Below are positions 10,097 through 19,139 of a DNA stretch of 47,018 nt, one piece after another (position 1 is the first letter of the stretch; each line of letters opens with the position of its first letter). The DNA lies in contig JBJHDK010000012.1 of NCBI GenBank assembly GCA_050486505.1, forward strand, positions 1-47,018. The letters run 5' to 3'. The notes under the pieces were generated by a model. It did no database searches, was not told the origin of the DNA, and saw only the letters and a program-made list of their open reading frames with translations. The position numbers and the translations under genes were made by a program. This stretch comes from Fibrobacteria bacterium (GTDB lineage: Bacteria > Fibrobacterota > Fibrobacteria > UBA11236).

Positions 10097-10684
10097 ATGA
10101 ACCCATTCCAAAGAACCGCGGTCTCCCTCGCGCTTGTCGCGGGACTTTCCCTGCCGGCCATGGCCCAGGGCGGCATGACGTCAACCCCTCCCGCCCCCGC
10201 CTTGGGGGAGAAGGTGAACAGTCCGACTTACTGGGGCTGGGGACTGGGCTTCGTGTTCACCGAAGTCCCCATCTCCGAGTCCGACTTCACGGTATTGATG
10301 TCGGAACTGCACTACGGGTTCTACCTGACCGACCCCGACGACTTCGTGCGCACGGCGGCCGTCATCGGCCTCTACGGCTTCGCCCTCGTGCTTCCCGTTC
10401 CCAAGGCGGGTGTTGAAATGATCATCGGTGACCCGAGGCAAGACATTCAGGGGAAGGTGGGTATCAACGGGTTCTACGATATCAGTGTGGGGGGGCACGG
10501 TGGCGTGGCCCTGGAACTGGGGGTGCGCATGAAGAACAGGGTGGATATCTCGTTCTTCACCGTGCCTTTCGGGTCGGACTCCAAGCGTGACTATCTGGAG
10601 TTCATGGGCTTCCGCGATGAAGCAGGCGAGCCGCCCCACGTCATTCTACCCTACTTCGGGCTCTTCATCGGGTTTAATTACTGA
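10097..10684 (+). CDS. Hypothetical exported protein, beta-barrel-like
   Basis: AAGGAG SD; signal peptide 'AMA-Q'; terminal 'GLFIGFNY'. Confidence 0.75.
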   Translation: MNPFQRTAVSLALVAGLSLPAMAQGGMTSTPPAPALGEKVNSPTYWGWGLGFVFTEVPISESDFTVLMSELHYGFYLTDPDDFVRTAAVIGLYGFALVLPVPKAGVEMIIGDPRQDIQGKVGINGFYDISVGGHGGVALELGVRMKNRVDISFFTVPFGSDSKRDYLEFMGFRDEAGEPPHVILPYFGLFIGFNY

Positions 10685-10689
10685 ACGGG

Positions 10690-10820
10690 GAGGCAGCAGG
10701 CAGTAGGCAGTAGTAGAAGGTATCAGGGGAAGCGGCCCGTCAATCCCATGTGACTCAGCCGCCCTGCAGTTCTACTGTTGTATTGCTGTACTGCCCGCTG
10801 TACACTGCACACTGCCTACT
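10690..10820. repeat. Inverted heptamer arrays between convergent genes
   Basis: GGCAGCA/GGCAGTA units on the left; CTGTACA/CTGCACA/CTGCCTA units on the right. Confidence 0.65.
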
Positions 10821-12711
10821 CCAAATACGTGTAGCCGTACAGCCCCGAGCGGTAGTTCGCGAGGAACTCCTTGCCTTCCGTCGCCGTGATCTTGCCTTCC
10901 TTGACGGACGCGGAGACCCAGGTTTCCATGTCGCGCACCAGCTTCTTGGCCGAGAACTGCACGTAGTCGAGCACATCGGCCACCGACTCGCCGTCGATGA
11001 TCTGCTCGATGCGGTAACCATCCCCATCGCAGACGACGTGCACCGCATTGGTGTCACCGAACAGGTTGTGCAAGTCGCCGAGGATTTCCTGGTACGCGCC
11101 GACCAGGAAGGCGGCGAGATAATAGGGTTCCCCCGGCTTGAGGGGATGGAGGGGGAGGCTGCGCGAGAGCTCGCCAGACTGGATGAAACGGTCGATGGCC
11201 CCGTCGGAATCGCAGGTGATGTCCTGCAGGGTCACCTGCGACGACGGTTCTTCGTCATGCCGGTGCACCGGCATGATCGGGAAGATCTGGTCGATCGCCC
11301 AGGCGTCGGGCAACGACTGGAAGAGGGAGAAGTTGCAGAAGTATTTCTCCGCCAGCAACTTCGAGAGGCCCTGCAGCTCAAAGGGAGGATTCTTCATGTC
11401 GGCGGCGAGGCGATGCACTTTCTGCGCGATGCTCCAGAACAGGCGCTCGCCCATGGCGCGCGTGGGCAGGTCGATGAGGTTCATGTTGAATCCGTCGAGG
11501 ATGTCCTCGCGCAACTGCAGCGCATCGTGCCACGACTCGAGAATCCCCTTCGTCGTCAGGTTCCGGTAGATGGCGTGCAGTTCCCGCACGGTTTCGTGGT
11601 GGTCCTCCGTGACCGGGTGCTGCTGCTCGTCCCATCGCGGCAGTGCCGTGGTCTCAAGCACGTTGAACACCAGCACGGAGTGGTGCGCGGTGAGGGCGCG
11701 CCCAGATTCCGCGATCACGTGGGGGTGCGGAAGTTCCGACTTGTCGGCGGCGGTGACCATGGAATACACCACGTCGTTGGCGTATTCCTGGATGCTGTAG
11801 TTCACGGAGTTGGAGTTCGCGCTCCGCGTCCCGTCGTAGTCGACACCGAGTCCCCCTCCCACGTCGACGAACTCGATGGGAACCCCCATCTGCCGCAGCT
11901 GCACGTAGAACTGGGCGGCCTCGCGCAACCCGGCCTTGATCTTGCGGATATTCGTGATCTGGCTGCCGAGATGAAAATGGATGAGCTTGAGCGATTCCTC
12001 CAACCCCTCGCGCCTGGCGAACTCCACCGCCTCGAGCAGCTCGGAGGAGTTGAGGCCGAACTTGCTCTGGTCGCCTCCGCTCTCCTCCCATTTGCCGCTG
12101 CCCGAGCTGGCCAGCTTCACGCGCATGCCGATGTTGGGCTTCACGTTGAGATCGCGCGAGACTTCACGGATCAACTTCAGTTCGTTGAGCTTCTCCACCA
12201 CGATGAAAATGCGCTTGCCCATCTTCTGTGCGAGCAGCGCCAGCTCGATGAACTCGGCGTCCTTGTAGCCGTTGCAGATGATCAGCGACTCGGGGTTGTC
12301 CATGATCGAAAGCACGGCGTGCAGCTCCGGCTTGGAACCGGCCTCGAGCCCGATGTTGAACTTCTTGCCGTGGCGAACCATCTCCTCGAGGACAGGGCGC
12401 TGCTGGTTGACCTTGATGGGATAGACGTTGAAGGCCTTTCCCTTGAACCCGAAATCCTGGGCGGCGATGTCGAAGCACTGGGAGATTTTTTCGATGCGGT
12501 TGTCGAGGATATTGGGGAAACGCAGCAGCACCGGGGCGTTGGTATCGCGCAACGCGAGTTCGTCCATCACCTCTTTCAGATCGATGGCCGGCCCGCGGTC
12601 ACGCAGCGGCGACACCGTGGCGTTGCCCTTGGCGTTGATCCCGAAATAGCCGATTCCCCAGCCCTGCACGTTGTACAGTTCGGCGGAATCCTCGATCTTC
12701 CATTTGCGCAT
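10816..12711 (-). CDS. speA: Biosynthetic arginine decarboxylase
   Basis: 'YPIKVNQ' PLP Lys, 'GLEAGSKPEL', 'HFHLGSQ', 'DVGGGLG', 'DITCDSDG'; start MRKWKIEDS with AGGAG SD. Confidence 0.96.
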   Translation of the reverse strand: MRKWKIEDSAELYNVQGWGIGYFGINAKGNATVSPLRDRGPAIDLKEVMDELALRDTNAPVLLRFPNILDNRIEKISQCFDIAAQDFGFKGKAFNVYPIKVNQQRPVLEEMVRHGKKFNIGLEAGSKPELHAVLSIMDNPESLIICNGYKDAEFIELALLAQKMGKRIFIVVEKLNELKLIREVSRDLNVKPNIGMRVKLASSGSGKWEESGGDQSKFGLNSSELLEAVEFARREGLEESLKLIHFHLGSQITNIRKIKAGLREAAQFYVQLRQMGVPIEFVDVGGGLGVDYDGTRSANSNSVNYSIQEYANDVVYSMVTAADKSELPHPHVIAESGRALTAHHSVLVFNVLETTALPRWDEQQHPVTEDHHETVRELHAIYRNLTTKGILESWHDALQLREDILDGFNMNLIDLPTRAMGERLFWSIAQKVHRLAADMKNPPFELQGLSKLLAEKYFCNFSLFQSLPDAWAIDQIFPIMPVHRHDEEPSSQVTLQDITCDSDGAIDRFIQSGELSRSLPLHPLKPGEPYYLAAFLVGAYQEILGDLHNLFGDTNAVHVVCDGDGYRIEQIIDGESVADVLDYVQFSAKKLVRDMETWVSASVKEGKITATEGKEFLANYRSGLYGYTYLE

Positions 12712-12777
12712 TGCCCGGACTCCTGAAAAGAAAGGGGGAAACGTAGGAAATGGGAAACCGCTCACTACCTTTTCCCC

Positions 12778-13134
12778 ATGCTCACATTTTACGGATACCG
12801 GAAATGCTCGACCTGCCGCAAGGCGGAGAAGGCGCTCGAGGCGGCAGGGAAGCCCCTGAAGTTTGTCGACATCACCGAGACCCCCCCATCAAAGGCGGAG
12901 TTGAAGCGGATCTTGACGCAGTCGGGGCTGCCGCTGCGCAAGCTGTTCAATACCAGCGGGGAGCAGTACAAGGCGCTCGGCATCAAGGACAAGCTTCCGC
13001 TGATGTCCGAGGCTGACGCCCTGGAACTGCTGGCCGGCAACGGACGGCTCATCAAGCGCCCGCTCGTGACCGACGGAAAGTCCTCGACGGTCGGCCATGA
13101 CACCGAGGCCTTCTCGAAAGCCTGGAAGGCCTGA
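12778..13134 (+). CDS. ArsC/Spx/MgsR-family protein
   Basis: 'CSTCRKA', 'LFNTSG', 'LIKRP'. Confidence 0.9.
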   Translation: MLTFYGYRKCSTCRKAEKALEAAGKPLKFVDITETPPSKAELKRILTQSGLPLRKLFNTSGEQYKALGIKDKLPLMSEADALELLAGNGRLIKRPLVTDGKSSTVGHDTEAFSKAWKA

Positions 13135-13136
13135 AG

Positions 13137-13499
13137 ATGGACTTTCTCGCGGTGGCTCTCGGCGGCGCGGCGGGATCGGTGCTGCGGTACTCGATTCAGA
13201 TGGCCTTCCGCTCATGGCACTTTCCCGCGGGAACCCTGCTCATCAACCTCGCGGGCTCGTTCCTCATCGGTCTCGCGCTCGCCCTCGCCGAACGCGGCCT
13301 GCCCTGGATCCGCCCGACATGGCTGGTGGCGGGATTCCTGGGAGGGTTCACGACCTTCTCGGCCTTCAGCATCGAGAACATGGCCCTGCTGCGCGAGGGC
13401 CGCATCGGCACGGCGCTGCTCTACATGCTCGTCAGCGTCGCGGGCGGAGTCGCGCTGGCCTTCGCCGGGTACTGGCTGATGCGCCCCACAGGGACGTGA
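13137..13499 (+). CDS. crcB: Fluoride efflux channel CrcB/Fluc
   Basis: 'GGAAGSVLRY', 'GTLLINLAGSF', 'GFLGGFTTFS'. Confidence 0.93.
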   Translation: MDFLAVALGGAAGSVLRYSIQMAFRSWHFPAGTLLINLAGSFLIGLALALAERGLPWIRPTWLVAGFLGGFTTFSAFSIENMALLREGRIGTALLYMLVSVAGGVALAFAGYWLMRPTGT

Positions 13500-13549
13500 G
13501 CGCGGAAACGCCAAAGCCAGCCCCGCTCCCGCAAAGCCGCCTCGCCGCG

Positions 13550-14281
13550 CTAGCGTCCCGCGAAATAGTCCGGAAAGCGCTCCCGCAACGACGTGAACCC
13601 CTCCCCCGTCACGATCAGGTGATCGAGCAGCGGAATCCCCAGCAGGCGGCCCGCATCTGAAAGGCGGCGCGTCGTGAGCAAATCCTCCGTCGAGGGGTCC
13701 AGCGATCCGCTGGGATGGTTGTGCGCCGCCATGATCCCCACCGCGCGATCCTCCAACGCGCAGGCGAAGGTCTCACGGGGATGCACCTGGCTCTGGTTGG
13801 CCAACCCCACCGTGATCTCGTGCGCCTTGATGATTTGATGATTGCCGTCGAGAGTCAGGATGGTGAAGCATTCCTGGCGGCGATTGCGCAACGCGCCAAG
13901 ATACGGCAGGGCGTCGGCGGGCTTGCGCACGCGAACGCGCTGGCGGCGCACGAGAAAGCGACGGGAGAGCTCCAGCGCCGCAAGGATCTGGCAGGCCTTG
14001 CCGTGACCCACGCCGTGCAGGGTTCGTAACTCCGCGACCGAGGGCATTTCGGACAGCGACTCGAGGTGGCGCGTCACGTCGTGCGCGAGAGAAAGCACGT
14101 CGCGCCCGCGCGTGCCCCGGCCGAACATGACTGCCAGCAGTTCCTCATTGGACAAGGTCTCTGCCCCGTCGCGCGCCAGTTTCTCGCGCGGCCACTCTTC
14201 GGGCGAAAGGCTTTTCAACAACGAGACGGAAGGCGAAGGGGATGATGCGGGGGGTGTCGGTGCGGTCTGCGGGATGTTCAT
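13550..14281 (-). CDS. radC: RadC-family JAB-domain protein
   Basis: 'PREKL', HhH segment, 'HNHPSGSLDPSTED', 'LLDHLI'. Confidence 0.93.
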   Translation of the reverse strand: MNIPQTAPTPPASSPSPSVSLLKSLSPEEWPREKLARDGAETLSNEELLAVMFGRGTRGRDVLSLAHDVTRHLESLSEMPSVAELRTLHGVGHGKACQILAALELSRRFLVRRQRVRVRKPADALPYLGALRNRRQECFTILTLDGNHQIIKAHEITVGLANQSQVHPRETFACALEDRAVGIMAAHNHPSGSLDPSTEDLLTTRRLSDAGRLLGIPLLDHLIVTGEGFTSLRERFPDYFAGR

Positions 14282-14339
14282 GGGAACATCATACCGCCGA
14301 ATCGATTTTCAGGGTGTGACAGCGGTCACAGGGAGCAGG

Positions 14340-14480
14340 AAAGCGGACGGCGGACAGCAGACAGCGGACAGCAAGACAAGAGAACAACACTGTGCAGTCA
14401 TCCTTTCACGATACACCCTTTATTTTCCCCATCGCTCTCCGCTTGTTGCCCACTGTACACTGTACACTGCACACTGTTCA
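14340..14480. repeat. Heptamer tandem arrays
   Basis: (AGCGGAC)-like x4 at about 14341-14372; (CACTGTA/CACTGCA)-like x4 at about 14451-14479. Confidence 0.65.
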
Positions 14481-15728
14481 TCACTCCCTCCTCCCCGGCA
14501 GCATCGGCATCAAAAACAACGTGTAAACTCCCGCCGCGACGCTGATCGCCGCCGCGACGGCGTACACCGAGCGCAGCCCGAAGTAGTGCCAGAGAATCCC
14601 CGCCGCCAGTCCCCCGAGCGCGGTGGGGAGGCCGGTGTGGAACAGGGTTCCCAAGGCCTGCAGCGCGGGCCTGTCACGATGGTCGTAACGCCGGTCCAGA
14701 AACAGGTTGAACCCCGTCAGGGCCCCCGAAAAGAAGCAGCCGTGAAAGGCGAGCCCCGCCAAAAACATCGCATAGCTGTCGGCCGCACCGATGAACACCA
14801 GCTTGATGGTGGTTCCGAGCAGCCCGAACCCCAGCACGATCCTGAGTCCGTGACGACGCACCAACCAGGCGCAAAGCAGCATCAGGGGGATCTCGAACGC
14901 GGTGGAGACGATCCACGCCATGCTGATGGATCCCTGCCCGCCCGAAAACCGGGCGACGAGATAGTTGCCCTGCACCAGCGTGGCCATCGCATTGGCGAAG
15001 TTCATGATGCCCAGCGTCCAAAGCAGGCGCGCCGCGCGGGGCGCCGAGAGAAGGCGCAAGGTGCGGCGGAGATCGACGCGACGGGGCGGTGTCGCGCTTG
15101 AGGCATGCAGGTGCGCATGAGGGGACCGCGCGGATTCCGGCGATCGATAGTTGCGCGCGGCGACGGGCACCGCCAGCAGGAAGGCGATTCCGAACCCGAG
15201 GAACAACCACGGGAGGCGGTCGGGATCGGGCTGCATGAAGCTGATGACGCAACCGACGAGGTAGCCGACCGTGCCCACGCAGCGGATGACGAAGTACAGC
15301 CACTCTCCCCGCGAGCGCGTAATCTCGAGCGTGCAGGCGGTGTTGAGCATGTTGATGCTCGAGGCGCAAAACAACGCGAAGAAAAACAGGATGGCGGAAG
15401 CCCCGAAGGTCGATGCATGCGGCAGCAGCCCGATGCCCAGTCCCGCGCCGGCGAGCATGAACAGCAGCGGGTTGCGCGCGCCGCCCATGCGCCTGATGGC
15501 GGTGATTTGCGCGAGGGGGGCCGCGATGCCGGCCAGAAACCCAGTGCCCAGGAGCAACCCGATCTGCAACGGCGTGAACCCCAGCCGCTCGAAGAGGTAA
15601 CCGTAGAACTGCTGGGACGAAAGCCCGGCGAACCCCAGGAACATCACCAGACCGGCCCCGAAGACGGGGAGATGGGAGGTGGGCGCGGAGCGGGATGACG
15701 GGGGGGCGCTCTGGGGCGAATCAGGCAT
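14481..15728 (-). CDS. MFS transporter
   Basis: About 12 hydrophobic segments in two halves, 'FEIPLM', 'GLRSVY'; start ATG 15728 follows TAACTT. Confidence 0.85.
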   Translation of the reverse strand: MPDSPQSAPPSSRSAPTSHLPVFGAGLVMFLGFAGLSSQQFYGYLFERLGFTPLQIGLLLGTGFLAGIAAPLAQITAIRRMGGARNPLLFMLAGAGLGIGLLPHASTFGASAILFFFALFCASSINMLNTACTLEITRSRGEWLYFVIRCVGTVGYLVGCVISFMQPDPDRLPWLFLGFGIAFLLAVPVAARNYRSPESARSPHAHLHASSATPPRRVDLRRTLRLLSAPRAARLLWTLGIMNFANAMATLVQGNYLVARFSGGQGSISMAWIVSTAFEIPLMLLCAWLVRRHGLRIVLGFGLLGTTIKLVFIGAADSYAMFLAGLAFHGCFFSGALTGFNLFLDRRYDHRDRPALQALGTLFHTGLPTALGGLAAGILWHYFGLRSVYAVAAAISVAAGVYTLFLMPMLPGRRE

Positions 15729-15877
15729 TTGGGGAAAGTTAGCCGCCCTGCCCTCGAAGGGCGAGAACGGGAGGGGTTCTTCGAGGGCGATGCTCGAATG
15801 GTTCGGGACGCTGCGTGGGCTAGCCGGTGGATGGTCCGGGAAAAAGCCGGGAGTGGGGAGTCGGGAGCCGATCTCCG

Positions 15878-16225
15878 TCACTCTCGCAGGATCTTCGCCA
15901 TCGCCTTGCCCTTGGCGAGCTCATCGACCAGCTTGTCGAGGTAGCGGATTTTTTTCATCAACGGATCCTCGACCTCTTCGACACGCACGCCGCAGACAAC
16001 GCCCTTGATGAGCTTGCGCTTGGGGTTGAGGGCCGGAGCTTGCGCGAAAAAGGTTTTGAAGTCGACCTCTTGCTTGAGCTGCTTCTGCAATCCCGCTTTG
16101 GTGTAACCGGTCAACCAGCGGATGATCAGGTCGACCTCCTCCTGCGTGCGGCCCTTGCGTTCGGCCTTGTTGACGTAGTGAGGGTAGACGCTGGAGAACG
16201 CGGTGGTGAAGATGGGGTGGGACAT
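15878..16225 (-). CDS. DUF2200-family protein
   Basis: '[18 protein letters not shown]', '[10 protein letters not shown]', '[15 protein letters not shown]'. Confidence 0.88.
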   Translation of the reverse strand: MSHPIFTTAFSSVYPHYVNKAERKGRTQEEVDLIIRWLTGYTKAGLQKQLKQEVDFKTFFAQAPALNPKRKLIKGVVCGVRVEEVEDPLMKKIRYLDKLVDELAKGKAMAKILRE

Positions 16226-16339
16226 GGGGGGGCACCTGAGGGTTGAAAAGGTGGTGGGGGGCAGCAGAGAGTCAACACCGGGCTTTACCGGCGACCCCTG
16301 GAACTTGCGGAAAAGTCGTCCGGTGGGTGCGGAGCCATG

Positions 16340-16750
16340 TCAGTCCTTGTTTTCAGGAACCACGGCAACGGCCTCGACCTCCAGAAGAAACTCCGGATTC
16401 GCCAGCCCCGCCACAACCAGCACCGTGACGAGCGGAGGATTGGGCCGGCTCCCCCACACGCGCTGGAACTCCACAAAAGCGGGCTGCAGTGATTGTCCCT
16501 GGACGACGTAAACATTCCACTTGATGACATTCTCCAGCCGCGCCTTTGCTGCGGAAAGCGCAAGCTCCAGGTTCTTGAAAGTCTGCTCGGCCTGCTTTCC
16601 CATGTCTCCGCTCCCGACGACCTCGCCGGACGCATCAACCGCGTTCTGCCCGCCGACATAAACCGTCCGTACACTGCCCTTCGTGACGACGACCTGCGAA
16701 AAGGCGGGATTTTTGTGCAGACCGTCCGGGTTTAAAAACTCGATATTCAT
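16340..16750 (-). CDS. RidA/YjgF-family protein
   Basis: 'FSQVV', 'YVGGQ', 'LANPEFLLEVEAVA'; ATGA overlap with upstream gene. Confidence 0.88.
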   Translation of the reverse strand: MNIEFLNPDGLHKNPAFSQVVVTKGSVRTVYVGGQNAVDASGEVVGSGDMGKQAEQTFKNLELALSAAKARLENVIKWNVYVVQGQSLQPAFVEFQRVWGSRPNPPLVTVLVVAGLANPEFLLEVEAVAVVPENKD

Positions 16751-17022
16751 TTTCGTTCGACTCCTTTCCCCCGTTTCATCGACGGGGCATGCGCCATGTT
16801 CATGTAGACACCGCCCTTTTCAAGTTCGCCGAGCATTTGGCGGAGTCTCTTCTCCTTCGTTTCCTGATGCGTCGCTCCGCTGATCCAGCCGATATAATCA
16901 TTCTGCTGGTATGCCGGTCGCTCTTTGTATGCCTCCATCAGGCCGAGCTCTTCGAGTGCTTGTTTCACGAACCCGGGCATTCGATGTTTGGGACGCGTCA
17001 GCGTTGAATTTCTTTGCTTCAT
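16747..17022 (-). CDS. YdeI/OmpD-associated family protein
   Basis: 'RPAYQQNDYIGWI...TKEKRLRQML'; GGAGG SD. Confidence 0.82.
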   Translation of the reverse strand: MKQRNSTLTRPKHRMPGFVKQALEELGLMEAYKERPAYQQNDYIGWISGATHQETKEKRLRQMLGELEKGGVYMNMAHAPSMKRGKGVERK

Positions 17023-17196
17023 CCTTCCTCCTGTGCGGTCAACGCCGCATTCAGCGGATTGTCCGCCGGTTTGCTTTGCCGGATGGCGCTTTCACGACAG
17101 CGGTCCAACCCCCTCAGGCCCATGATGACCATCAAGCTTGTCGGGTGTCGGTATTTCAGTATAGAAGGTGGCTTCCCTGAGGGCAAAGCCCGGGCA

Positions 17197-17820
17197 TCAT
17201 GTCCCCAAACGCACCGGAGGAAACCGCCCCTTCCCCACCGGATACCGCAGGTGCGTCACACCAACGCCCTGGATCACCGTCGGGTTTCCGAGGACTACGG
17301 GTGCATCGGCGATCTTGTCGAACAGCCGCACGCCGGAACCCAGCAGCACCGCCGCGACGTCGATGTGGAGTTCATCAAGGAGTCCGGCGTTCAGGAGCTG
17401 CTGAATGGTATCCGCGCCATGGACGCCGACGTTTTTCCCTCCGGCGGCAGCCTTGGCTTGCTTCACGGCACTTTCGATGCCATCCGTGACGAAGTGAACC
17501 GTCGAGCCGGGCTTCGGCCATCCGGCGGGGATTTGGTGGGTGAGCACGAACGCGGGACCCCATGCGTGGTTCCCGCCCCAGCCTTGGGCGACCTCGAACG
17601 TGCGCCGGCCGGTGAGCACGGCGCCGAGCTCGAACCAGAGGCCGCGCAAATGCCCGGCGCTGGCTTCAGAGACCTTGAAGGTCATGGCGTCTTCCCCTCC
17701 TGCGCGGAATTCGACATCGCCGGAATTGAAGTACCAGTCGAAGACATCCATGACGCCATCGTTCGCGTCGGCGACGTAGCCGTCGAGGGACATGGACATG
17801 AGGGCGATGAGTTTGGACAT
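17197..17820 (-). CDS. Dihydrofolate reductase/RibD C-terminal family protein
   Basis: 'MSLDGYVA', 'GRRTFE', 'GLLDELHI', 'LLGSGVRLF'. Confidence 0.88.
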   Translation of the reverse strand: MSKLIALMSMSLDGYVADANDGVMDVFDWYFNSGDVEFRAGGEDAMTFKVSEASAGHLRGLWFELGAVLTGRRTFEVAQGWGGNHAWGPAFVLTHQIPAGWPKPGSTVHFVTDGIESAVKQAKAAAGGKNVGVHGADTIQQLLNAGLLDELHIDVAAVLLGSGVRLFDKIADAPVVLGNPTVIQGVGVTHLRYPVGKGRFPPVRLGT

Positions 17821-17849
17821 GGGGGCGATCTACGGGGTTGACCGAAGTT

Positions 17850-17999
17850 TCAGGGATCACGAACCGCCGCTTCCAGCGCAAGCGGAAGATAGCGCACCAG
17901 GTGTTTCGCCTTGATGTCTTTTGTCGAATGAAGCTTGAAGTCATCCACAATGAGTGCGCCTTTGCTGAACTCCACGGACACGTGTTGCTTGTGCTTGAA
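17850..17999 (-). pseudogene. 5'-truncated fragment resembling the C terminus of a DUF1801-family protein
   Basis: Manual translation FKHKQHVSVEFSKGALIVDDFKLHSTKDIKAKHLVRYLPLALEAAVRDP*; no start codon; family resemblance from recall. Confidence 0.5.
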
Positions 18000-18499
18000 C
18001 GGTTTTTATGACCATCGAACTTCAGGGTAATTCGAGGCCCCCCCAAGATCAAGCGCGATTCCCTGGTTCCCCCATAATGCCATGCACCCGTTTCCGCCCA
18101 TCCCCGCGCACCGACCTCCGTGCGTGTGGAGGCTGTTCATGTCAGCGTCCCGGGAGCTGGAAGAGCGGTTCGCTACCTGCCTAAATGGCATTCGAGCTTG
18201 CCGTTTCGGCAGGAATTTTTCGTTTATTCCGAAATAAAGGTCGAAATTTTCTTAAAAATCGCTCGTCAAGATATGGCACGCGCCTTGCGATCCTCCCCTG
18301 CAGGTGGGTGTCTCGTCGTCAGAACCCGGGGTGCAGGTAGCCCGACTTCGGAGACAACGGGATGGTGTTCTGTTTCCGGGCCTGCACAACATGCCTGCTA
18401 ATGACAGAAATTCAGCCACGTTCACATTTGGCAACGCTTTTTCATAATGACACACTGCAGTGACAGAATTGCATCATACCTTGCGAGGCCACTGGCAAG

Positions 18500-18600
18500 G
18501 GGAAACACCGGCCGGCCTGAGCGACAACAATAACGTGCCGCGGCAGAAGGATCTGAACGCCCGTTGGACCCGGAAGCACGGCAAGTCCCACTACGGGTAC
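18500..18600 (+). mobile_element. IS5-family transposase remnant
   Basis: 'RQKDLNARWTRKHGKSHYGY' matches the IS5-type 'KDxDARWTKK...YGYK' segment; similarity ends at about 18600. Confidence 0.72.
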
Positions 18601-18724
18601 ACAGGCGTCTCCCGGGCTTCACGGCATACTCAACCGCTTCGGTTTGAGGGCGAAACGGTCGATACAGGGAAGCAACGTATGACGAAACAAGAGGTCAAGG
18701 TTCGGGAGAAGTCGTGTAAACGAC

Positions 18725-18806
18725 CCGACGAAAAAGGCGCACCCGTCGAAAGACGGGGTCACAAAGCCGTGGGCCCAATGGGCGCATTGGGTTGCCAGGT
18801 TTCCAT
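18725..18806 (+). ncRNA. c-di-GMP-I (GEMM-I)-like riboswitch aptamer, variant
   Basis: AAAGGCGCACC-CGTC-GAAA-GACG-GGGTCACAAAGCC...TTGCCAGGTTTCC: GNRA-capped P2, CAAAGCC junction, P3; ends just before GGGAGG SD. Confidence 0.72.
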
Positions 18807-18821
18807 AGGGAGGATCTGAAT

Positions 18822-19139
18822 ATGTCCATGTCCATGGAGATGATCCAAGATGTCAGCAAGGAGATGTTTGCGCTTGAGCGGTTTGTTTTAGGGGTGAGCG
18901 GCCTGTTTGACAGGCTCACCCCCCGTCAACAGGAGGTGGTCGCCCTGATGTCGCAGGGGCTCAACAACGCAGGCGTCGCCCGCAGGCTCGGGATCACCGA
19001 AAAGTCGGTCAAGAACTACATCAACGCGCTCTACCAGGAACTCGGTCTGGAGCGCTCGGGGGATTATCAACCGCGGGTGATCGCCGTCCTCTCCTACATG
19101 CGTGAACATCCGATGCTGCAGACGGCTTCATGGCCATGA
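18822..19139 (+). CDS. Stand-alone LuxR-type HTH regulator (no receiver domain)
   Basis: 'LTPRQQEVVALMSQGLNNAGVARRLGITEKSVKNYINALYQELG'; GGGAGG SD. Confidence 0.88.
   Translation: MSMSMEMIQDVSKEMFALERFVLGVSGLFDRLTPRQQEVVALMSQGLNNAGVARRLGITEKSVKNYINALYQELGLERSGDYQPRVIAVLSYMREHPMLQTASWP

Noticed and set aside
10750..12726. 658-aa plus-strand ORF, and similar long shadow ORFs (6266-7738, 39071-40690, 40266-41576, 22622-23668)
   Set aside because: Antisense shadows of well-supported genes, expected in high-GC DNA; no recognisable motifs.
12712..13136. Fluoride riboswitch upstream of crcB
   Set aside because: crcB directly follows arsC, and no GGxGATGG...GCTGATGAC-like motif was found upstream.
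18020..18045. GGGTAATTCGAGGCCCCC as an IS5 terminal inverted repeat
   Set aside because: Only loosely similar from recall, with no partner repeat or target duplication, and its position does not fit the transposase remnant.
18460..18819. 119-aa ORF as an intact gene
   Set aside because: Only a short internal part resembles an IS5 transposase; the rest runs through the riboswitch region.
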